Origin: a virus
Lineage: Duplodnaviria; Caudoviricetes
Strand: one strand, 5' to 3'
IMG/VR virus record: IMGVR_UViG_3300021255_003843
Location: 41,496-105,495 of that record
DNA length: 64,000 nt
Positions within the stretch are counted from its first letter, which is position 1, and every line of letters begins with the position of its first letter. Shown here one piece after another: positions 48,960 through 55,918 of this stretch. The notes beneath the pieces are model-generated. The model was not told where the DNA came from. It was given only the letters and a program-made list of their open reading frames with translations, and searched no databases. The position numbers and the translations under genes were made by a program.

Positions 48960-49033
48960 GGGGATTTAGCTCATCAGGTCAGAGCAGCGCTCTTATAAAG
49001 CGCAGGTGCATGGTTCAAGTCCATGAATCCCTA
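48960..49033 (+). tRNA. tRNA-Ile (TAT)
   Basis: GGGGATT/AATCCCT acceptor, GCGCT-CTTATAA-AGCGC anticodon arm, GGTTCAAGTCC. Confidence 0.85.
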
Positions 49034-49106
49034 TTTGCCCGTGACCATGGAAACACGGGCAAGACGCATCGCCTCTTTAAAATATAGCCGGCGTGTCCGG
49101 CTATAT

Positions 49107-49178
49107 AGGGGAGTAGCCAAACGGAAAGGCACGGGACTTTGACTCCCGCATGTGAAGGTTCAACTCCTTCCTCCCCTG
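49107..49178 (+). tRNA. tRNA-Gln (TTG)
   Basis: AGGGGAG/CTCCCCT acceptor, CGGGA-CTTTGAC-TCCCG anticodon arm, GGTTCAACTCC. Confidence 0.88.
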
Positions 49179-49199
49179 CTACGAAATCAAGGAGCTTAT

Positions 49200-49448
49200 A
49201 TGGCGTGTAAATTCAAACCCGGCGACGTGATCGTCGGCAACGATCTCGCTGACGAACGTTACTTTATCACTAACAAAGGCTGGATCGGTCAGGTCATTTC
49301 TGTAAGCCGGGACTGCTTTAGCGCAAAAACGCTTTACAAAAGCGGCAAGCTTGGCACACTTTTTCCTGCCCTTGGTTACGAATACTTTAACGTGCTCGAA
49401 CCAGAATTCGACGCCAAGCATATTAAACAGATGGCAATGATATTATAG
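49200..49448 (+). CDS. SH3/KOW-like paralog 9
   Basis: FKPGDVIVG...YFITNKGWIGQV...AMIL. Confidence 0.7.
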   Translation: MACKFKPGDVIVGNDLADERYFITNKGWIGQVISVSRDCFSAKTLYKSGKLGTLFPALGYEYFNVLEPEFDAKHIKQMAMIL

Positions 49449-49458
49449 GAGCGACCGT

Positions 49459-49701
49459 ATGCTGTCACAAACAAAATTTCAGATAGGCGATTATGTGATC
49501 GGCACAAAGGAAGCTACCGCGCACTATGCGATCACAAAAGAGGGCTGGACCGGTCAGATAACGGAAATACGGAAATATACTATCATGGTGTACGGCAAAG
49601 ACAACTGTGACCGTGACAGATGGTTCGAAGTAGAGCCTAAATATTTTGAATCATGTGATTCGCAAAATTTCAATCAGAACGAGTTTCAGCAGATATTGTA
49701 G
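49459..49701 (+). CDS. SH3/KOW-like paralog 10
   Basis: FQIGDYVIG...YAITKEGWTGQI...QQIL. Confidence 0.7.
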   Translation: MLSQTKFQIGDYVIGTKEATAHYAITKEGWTGQITEIRKYTIMVYGKDNCDRDRWFEVEPKYFESCDSQNFNQNEFQQIL

Positions 49702-49710
49702 GGAGAAACC

Positions 49711-49947
49711 ATGGATCGCAACACTCGATATAAAGTAGGCGACATCGTGCGGTGCTATCGGAAGTTTATTGATGTTCCGGAAGAAACGCTGTTCGAAATT
49801 GTCCAAGTAAACGCCTATTCTTATTATACTACATATCTCATCACGCCGGCCACGATGGATGGCAAGCGTTATTATGTTCGCGCGGAAAGTATTCGCAAGG
49901 CGAGCGTGAACGATTTTGACAAGCGGAAAATTAAAACTCTGCTGTAA
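49711..49947 (+). CDS. SH3/KOW-like paralog 11
   Basis: YKVGDIVRC...IKTLL. Confidence 0.7.
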   Translation: MDRNTRYKVGDIVRCYRKFIDVPEETLFEIVQVNAYSYYTTYLITPATMDGKRYYVRAESIRKASVNDFDKRKIKTLL

Positions 49948-49956
49948 GGAGACAAC

Positions 49957-50289
49957 ATGTTTAGTCCATTGAATTATTCGCCGGAAGATCTGTTCGATGA
50001 CGAAAACAAAGACGGCCTCGACAGCGAGCGCTTTGTCGTCGGCGACAGTGTATACATTCATCCGGACCTGCGCGAAACCGACAAGGGTGCGTCCGTGACG
50101 GAAGATATGCTCAACTATGCCGGTTCGCTTGCCAGAATCGTGAGAGTGCTGGGCAACTCGTATAAGCTCGATGTTGATGATGCAGACTGGGTCTGGGATG
50201 ATTACTGTCTTCTGAGTCAGAATGAGTTCGCGCAATATATTACTGGCGTTGCCAAGGTAGAAATCAAACGGCTGGAGGGCTTGATATGA
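49957..50289 (+). CDS. SH3/KOW-like paralog 12
   Basis: FVVGDSVYI...WDDYCL...EGLI. Confidence 0.7.
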   Translation: MFSPLNYSPEDLFDDENKDGLDSERFVVGDSVYIHPDLRETDKGASVTEDMLNYAGSLARIVRVLGNSYKLDVDDADWVWDDYCLLSQNEFAQYITGVAKVEIKRLEGLI

Positions 50290-50591
50290 GCTACGATATC
50301 TTCGACATTCACAACGAAGAGGGCATATGCGCCAAATTGTTCGATGTTGGTGATAAAGTAATCATCCGTTCTGACATCAGACCGACCAATAAACACCCGA
50401 CGATCACATCGCAAATGGCGGCCTTGGCAGGCAAAGAAGGTACCGTTGTCCGTAAAAACGGTGACGCTTCTTATCTTCTTGATATTTCAGGAGGCGAATA
50501 CGGCTACGTCTGGTGCGATTACTGTTTCGAGCCTCCGGACACAGGCGCTGCTAATTCACAAATAACCGAGTCTATGCCGGTTCTGCTGTAA
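50286..50591 (+). CDS. SH3/KOW-like paralog 13
   Basis: FDVGDKVII...WCDYCFEP...MPVLL. Confidence 0.7.
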   Translation: MSYDIFDIHNEEGICAKLFDVGDKVIIRSDIRPTNKHPTITSQMAALAGKEGTVVRKNGDASYLLDISGGEYGYVWCDYCFEPPDTGAANSQITESMPVLL

Positions 50592-50792
50592 TTTTAACGC
50601 TATAAACAGCCCGCTCATTAAAAGCGGGCTGTTTATATAGAACACCTCGGAAAGGAGGGAGTATATGGTTCGGGTGAGATCGCCCAGCGCATATTCATAA
50701 AACCTTTGACCCAGTTCCATATCTTGTTTGCAGATGCAAACACCAATAAAACCCAATTTAAAACAAATTTCAAAACAAAAAGGAGAAACACT

Positions 50793-51398
50793 ATGATTTC
50801 TATCACCCTGCTCACCAATGCTGGCCGTCAGACTACTCCCGTGTCCGAAGATACCTCTATCCGCGAAGTGCTGGATTCCAAGCACATCAACTATGCCGCC
50901 TCCGTCGTTCAGCTGGATGGCTGCGCGCTGCGCCCCGGCGACATGGATAAGACCTTCGCCGAAATGGGCATCAAAGACAGCTGCTATCTGACAGCCGTCG
51001 TTAAGGCGGATAATGCTGCCAAGGTCACCGTGGTTGGCGAAGCCGCCGTTGTCACCTCCGCGCTGAAGCTGGCAGACATCAAGACCGCCAAGAAGTATCG
51101 CCCGGAAGCCTTGGAGCTGAAGAAGGACAAGGATGTCATCTTCGCTGTTGACACCACTGATCGTTCCGCCGGCTCCATCAATATCCACGGCGCAACCTTC
51201 TCCAACGCCACGGACGCTGATGGCTATGCCACCATCACCATGACCGTGGATCGCGGCGAGGATGTTGAGAAGACTCTGCTCGATAAGATCGGCATGGGCC
51301 TGCTGCTGTTGAATCAGGTCGAGGAAGCCTTCGGCGAACAGCTGGCGTCCATCCAGGCTGATCAGGCGAAGATCAAGTCTCTGATCGACATCAAGTAA
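50793..51398 (+). CDS. Ubiquitin-like (beta-grasp) domain fused to a C-terminal helical domain
   Basis: ATG 50793 after AAAGGAG; VSEDTSIREVL...LDG..L...DKTFAEMGIKDSCYLTAVVKADNA matches the Ub fold pattern; directly upstream of E2/JAB/E1. Confidence 0.75.
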   Translation: MISITLLTNAGRQTTPVSEDTSIREVLDSKHINYAASVVQLDGCALRPGDMDKTFAEMGIKDSCYLTAVVKADNAAKVTVVGEAAVVTSALKLADIKTAKKYRPEALELKKDKDVIFAVDTTDRSAGSINIHGATFSNATDADGYATITMTVDRGEDVEKTLLDKIGMGLLLLNQVEEAFGEQLASIQADQAKIKSLIDIK

Positions 51399-51411
51399 TT
51401 CCTGACACGAC

Positions 51412-51447
51412 AAGGCGGCGTCCCCATTCAAGGGACGCCGCCTTTTT
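51412..51447 (+). terminator. Internal terminator/attenuator after the Ubl gene
   Basis: AAGGCGGCGTCCC/GGGACGCCGCCTT plus TTT. Confidence 0.7.
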
Positions 51448-51480
51448 CGGAAGCCTCTTAAATGAAAGGACATTATTTCC

Positions 51481-52890
51481 ATGTTCGGAAATACGTTTAA
51501 TGAAATCAAATATTTTGGCGACGCGTTCGCCGAACAACACGAGAAGTTGAGCAGGATCACGCAGCGCGGAAATTATCAGAATGATAAGACGATGCTGGCG
51601 TTTGCACGAGCCCTTCTATTTAACAGGCTCCCGGAAGGCGAAACCTTCTCCATCAATATCTACCCCATCGACAGCCCGATCTATCAGGACATGATGGACC
51701 ATCCAAAGGAGAAGGACGAGCTGCACAATCAGCTGTTCGTTTTCTACAAGGAAGACGATACAATCGACGAAGCGCAGGTCAACGCGTTCTACGCCAAGTA
51801 TCCTACGTTCCATATCATGCAGCAGCATATGGACTTCTTCTCATCGTGCGCAAAAGCCTGGTGCTACAACGATACTGAGAACATTTCCGCCATCCTGTTT
51901 CTGCAGGAAGCGAATGTGCGCAAGATGCACCTGCTGTTCTCCATGCTCTCCGCCTACTTCAAGCCTCTGTGCCCGGTCATGACCGGCTATGAGAAGACAG
52001 ATTTCTGCCCGTCCATGACCAAGCGCGCTTCTCAGCCCTTTGAGGAGTGCATGGCTCACCTGGCGCATGAGTATGGCATCGATCAGGAGTATATGGCGTT
52101 CATGATCCGGAACTACACCCGGAACAACGTACGTGTCGTTATCGATCAGGCTGAACGCACTCTGGCTGAACGGCGGGACACGCTGCAGCGTAATATCGAA
52201 GAGTACACTAATCTATACCGCGCTTTCAAGCAGGCTTCTGATAACGTTGAACTGCTGAAATCTCGCCCCGTCGAAGAAGATACAGAGCTCGTAGATTTCT
52301 TCAAGGCACATAAGAATATCAGGCTGTTCGACGTCAGCGGCGATATGCTCAAGTTCTATGTACTGGGTACTCTTGAGTGGTTTGATCTTGAATTCTATCA
52401 TCGCGCGGCGAGGAACGATAATGCCATCTACCGCATCAACGCGCCACGGGCTTTCTCTGAGCTGGAAGACCGCAAACTGTTGATGGACGCCATCTTCTCC
52501 GATGATCCGATTTTCAAAATCCGCATGTGCTCATCCTATGGTCTGTCTATCACCGGCGATGTGGACGTCTGGGCTAACTATAACTATCCCGCGGATATAC
52601 TTAAGCAGTATATTCCGAATCCGCATATTCAGTATCACCGCTGCCTCGGCGACCATCGTGATCCGATCCGCCGCGCGCTGAGAGACAATAACATGCCGCT
52701 CGCCATCGAGCAGTGTATCGCCTCCGCTCAGTCCGTCAATATTGCGGAGCGCAGCGTCACCTTCGATCCGTTCATGAAGAACGTATTCAGCTCCACAAAC
52801 AAGATTCTGGTGGATATGAAAGGCAAAGAATATACGCCCGTCGAGGCTCTGAAATATCTGAAAAAGAAAGCGCAGGCTGAGAGCAAATGA
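51481..52890 (+). CDS. Prokaryotic E2-like conjugating-enzyme domain protein with long N-terminal/coiled-coil region
   Basis: C-terminal PNPHIQYHRCLG (H...C-x-G) motif; operon context with Ubl, JAB and E1. Confidence 0.65.
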   Translation: MFGNTFNEIKYFGDAFAEQHEKLSRITQRGNYQNDKTMLAFARALLFNRLPEGETFSINIYPIDSPIYQDMMDHPKEKDELHNQLFVFYKEDDTIDEAQVNAFYAKYPTFHIMQQHMDFFSSCAKAWCYNDTENISAILFLQEANVRKMHLLFSMLSAYFKPLCPVMTGYEKTDFCPSMTKRASQPFEECMAHLAHEYGIDQEYMAFMIRNYTRNNVRVVIDQAERTLAERRDTLQRNIEEYTNLYRAFKQASDNVELLKSRPVEEDTELVDFFKAHKNIRLFDVSGDMLKFYVLGTLEWFDLEFYHRAARNDNAIYRINAPRAFSELEDRKLLMDAIFSDDPIFKIRMCSSYGLSITGDVDVWANYNYPADILKQYIPNPHIQYHRCLGDHRDPIRRALRDNNMPLAIEQCIASAQSVNIAERSVTFDPFMKNVFSSTNKILVDMKGKEYTPVEALKYLKKKAQAESK

Positions 52891-53735
52891 AAACGATAAA
52901 GATCACGGAAGCCGATAAGGCCGCCATCAGGGAAGAGTTTGAGAAAACTCTGGCTGATTACCGGCTTCCGAACGGCGAGTTCAAGTTTACAAAATCCTTC
53001 GCCGCCCGCAAAGCGGCGAAGGATGAGCGCATCACGCTCTATTATACGCCGGACGCATATCTGAAGATCACCGCTCTGGTGAACAAGTTCGATACAGAGG
53101 TAGGCTGGCATGGTCTCGTCCGTAAGGTAGACGATAAGACTTACCTGATCTATGACATCCTGGTCTATAAGCAGGAGGTCACCGGCGCAACCGTCAACAC
53201 GGATCAGGATGAGTATGTCGAATTCCTGAAGAATCTCACCGACGAGCAGGCCGAGCATATGTTCTATCACGGCCACAGCCATGTCAATATGGGTGTGTTC
53301 GCCTCCTCTGTGGATATGGATCACCGCGCACGCCTGATCCAGTGTGCTGATGAAAACGGTTTCTGGATTTTTCAAATTTGGAACAAACGTAAGGAAGTTT
53401 CGACCGTACTCTATGACCTCGCCAATAATGTTCTGTATGACTCGGATGACATCGATATGACCGTCCTGTTCGCGGACGGCTCCGACGTTACGGAGTTCAC
53501 TGCGAACGCGGATAAGCTCGTCGTAAAAAAAAATACCTTGCCCGCTCAGGTCAAGATCGACAGCAAGTGGTCGGGCGGCTCTTACAATACCGCGCAAAAA
53601 GAGCCCGAAAAGTCCAAAAAGGCAGAAAAAGCTAAGGATAAGAAGAAGTACGAGGACTATGACGACGACCTGATTGACGATGGCACTAAGCCTTATGGCT
53701 ATGGCTATGGTTACGGGTATGGCTACAATTACTAA
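52887..53735 (+). CDS. JAB/MPN metallopeptidase (deubiquitinase-like)
   Basis: EVGWHG and HGHSHVNMGVFASSVD (HxH-x7-S-x2-D); GY-repeat tail. Confidence 0.88.
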   Translation: MKTIKITEADKAAIREEFEKTLADYRLPNGEFKFTKSFAARKAAKDERITLYYTPDAYLKITALVNKFDTEVGWHGLVRKVDDKTYLIYDILVYKQEVTGATVNTDQDEYVEFLKNLTDEQAEHMFYHGHSHVNMGVFASSVDMDHRARLIQCADENGFWIFQIWNKRKEVSTVLYDLANNVLYDSDDIDMTVLFADGSDVTEFTANADKLVVKKNTLPAQVKIDSKWSGGSYNTAQKEPEKSKKAEKAKDKKKYEDYDDDLIDDGTKPYGYGYGYGYGYNY

Positions 53736-53746
53736 GGAGAGAAGAC

Positions 53747-54418
53747 ATGGATCTTTCTAAATCCTATGAATTCTTCCAGCCTTCCATGTGCGACGGCCGC
53801 ATCCACATCATCGGATGCGGCTCCGTCGGCTCTACAGTGGCGGAACTGCTGGTTCGCTACGGCCTGACCAATATCACGCTCTATGATTTTGATCATGTCG
53901 AGGCTCACAACATCGCTAATCAGATGTTCGATAGTACCGACATCGGCAAGGAAAAGGTCACAGCCGTGGCCGATCATCTGATCGCTATCAATCCGGAGCT
54001 GCGGGACACTCTGCGCATCGCCGATAAGGGCTATACAAATCAGAAGCTCTCCGGCTATGTATTCCTGTGTGTCGACAATATCGACCTTCGACGCAAGATC
54101 GCCGAGGAAAACAGGAACAATGTATTTATCAAGGCGATGTTCGATTTCAGGACCCGCCTGACCGACGCCCAGCACTACGCTGCGGATTGGTCTGACGAAA
54201 AGCACAAGGAAGCCTTCATCAATTCTATGCAATTCTCGCACGAGGAGGCGTCCAAGGAGACGCCTATGTCCGCCTGCCATGTCACCCTCAGTGTGGCGGC
54301 GACAGTGCGCCTGATCTGCACCTACGGGGTCGTCAACTTCATTGACTTCCTCAAGAAAGGGACCCTCAAGAAGACCGTACTCATCAACACAGAGCTCTGG
54401 GACTTGATGGGTATCTAA
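53747..54418 (+). CDS. ThiF/E1-like activating enzyme
   Basis: IIGCGSVGS, YDFDHVEAHNIANQ, GKEKV, CVDN, late Cys in SAC. Confidence 0.92.
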   Translation: MDLSKSYEFFQPSMCDGRIHIIGCGSVGSTVAELLVRYGLTNITLYDFDHVEAHNIANQMFDSTDIGKEKVTAVADHLIAINPELRDTLRIADKGYTNQKLSGYVFLCVDNIDLRRKIAEENRNNVFIKAMFDFRTRLTDAQHYAADWSDEKHKEAFINSMQFSHEEASKETPMSACHVTLSVAATVRLICTYGVVNFIDFLKKGTLKKTVLINTELWDLMGI

Positions 54419-54435
54419 AATAACAGGAGAGGCTT

Positions 54436-55626
54436 ATGTTTGGATATTTCTACTTCACCAGGCGCGCTATCGCAAAGAAAAGTGGGCAAACAAAGTTCAT
54501 AAGCCTCTTGACCTGTGAACCACCGGAACCAGGCGACGCTGACAGCTTCATCTACGGCACCGCTTCCACGAAAACTATCAAGTGTGCAGAGCTTCCTGCC
54601 GAATTCGCGGGTCTGTTCGATGCCGTCGAGGCCGAAAAGGCCCTCGACGGCGTGCTTGCCTACGCCGAAGAGCACCTGACCGGTGATCCGTCGACCTGGT
54701 ACAAGCATTACACGATCCCGAAGCGCTCCGGCGAGCCTCGTCCTATCGACGAGCCGCTGCCGGAGCTGTCTGCTTATCTGTACAATCTGATGGGGATCCT
54801 GCGCAAGAAGTTTTTTGCCATGTACCACGACTCCGCTTATGCGTATGTCAAGTACCGCAATACGAAGCAGTGCCTGGAACAGCATCAGCGCAACACCAAT
54901 TTCGTCAAGATGGATTTCAAAAACTTCTTCGGCAGCACAACGCTGTATGAAGCTATGACCATCCTGCCGAAAATCTACCCATTCAATTTCTTCTGCGAAA
55001 CTGAAGCCAGAAAGGCAAAGCTGCGCAAGGCGCTGTCTTACACTTTTCTGAACGGTGGTCTGCCGCAGGGCACCTGCATATCGCCTATGCTTACTAATCT
55101 TCTGATGATCCCGTTTGATTATGAGATAAATCACAGAGGGATGGGTTTGAACATGACCTATACTAGATACGCAGACGATCTACTTTTCTCAAGCAAGTCG
55201 ATGCGCATATGGAATCGGGAACAAGCCAATAATATGCGTAAGTGTATGGTTAAGGAAGTATATCGGATCCTGCGTCAGTGTGGTTACCCATACCGTCTGA
55301 ATGCGAAAAAGACCAAAGTCTGCTCCCGCCTTGGCAAGAACTGGAATCTCGGCCTCATGCTGAATCAGTACGATGAAATCACCATCGGGCACGAGAACAT
55401 CCGCAAACTCAAGGCAGATCTGTGGAACCTGGTGCAATCGGTTTCTAAATCAAAACCGATTGCAAAAGAGTGGCTTCAAAAGTTTGAGGGCCGCTATCAT
55501 TATTACAGGCTCATCCAGCCGACGCGGGTAGACCAGCTCGCTTCAGCAGCCGTCAGCAAAGGCTATCGCTATTACTGGATGGATATAAACGCAATATTCA
55601 GATTAGCGCGGCTGAGAGCCCAATAA
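54436..55626 (+). CDS. Retron-type reverse transcriptase
   Basis: IPKRSGEPRPIDEP, HDSAYAY...CLEQH (region X), DFKNFF, LPQGTCISP, YTRYADD, LNAKKT, NLGL (VTG position); no maturase or endonuclease extension. Confidence 0.88.
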   Translation: MFGYFYFTRRAIAKKSGQTKFISLLTCEPPEPGDADSFIYGTASTKTIKCAELPAEFAGLFDAVEAEKALDGVLAYAEEHLTGDPSTWYKHYTIPKRSGEPRPIDEPLPELSAYLYNLMGILRKKFFAMYHDSAYAYVKYRNTKQCLEQHQRNTNFVKMDFKNFFGSTTLYEAMTILPKIYPFNFFCETEARKAKLRKALSYTFLNGGLPQGTCISPMLTNLLMIPFDYEINHRGMGLNMTYTRYADDLLFSSKSMRIWNREQANNMRKCMVKEVYRILRQCGYPYRLNAKKTKVCSRLGKNWNLGLMLNQYDEITIGHENIRKLKADLWNLVQSVSKSKPIAKEWLQKFEGRYHYYRLIQPTRVDQLASAAVSKGYRYYWMDINAIFRLARLRAQ

Positions 55627-55632
55627 CCATTG

Positions 55633-55848
55633 AGTAAACGCCGGGGGCGTCATGCACATGTAAGTATACAGGAATAAGCATTGCGGCTTATAAGGAACTT
55701 ACGCGCTTGATGTCATCAGGCGAACGTCATTACTTCAGAGACTCCTCCTCCTTTGCTAGTACGCCAGGAGGCAGCTAAAGCTGCCTCCTGGCTCCCTAGC
55801 AAAGTCGTCGGTAACTTGTTAGAAAAAGATGACGTCCCCGGTTTTACT
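55633..55848 (+). ncRNA. Retron msr-msd ncRNA located 3' of the RT
   Basis: a1/a2 arms 55633-55653 and 55829-55848 pair over 20 bp (2 GU, 1 bulge); unpaired G55654 opposite G55828; short msr stems at 55675-55690 and 55704-55722; msd hairpin 55751-55804. Confidence 0.82.
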
Positions 55849-55918
55849 ATTTTCCTACGTTCCGGCCAATGTTTTTCTGTCGGAGCGCATTGTTTTACTT
55901 TCAGAAAGGGGCGGTTTC

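Noticed and set aside
53747-54418. ThiF as a thiamine/molybdopterin biosynthesis gene
   Set aside because: No ThiS/MoaD with terminal GG or pathway genes; context is E2 plus JAB.
54436-55626. RT as a diversity-generating retroelement or group II intron
   Set aside because: PQG/YADD with retron-like regions X and Y, no Avd gene, no TR/VR pair seen, no maturase domain or intron domain V; the adjacent RNA has msr-msd architecture.
55829-55918. ORF-track N-terminal extension of the RNAP
   Set aside because: ATG lies within the retron inverted-repeat arm and lacks an RBS.
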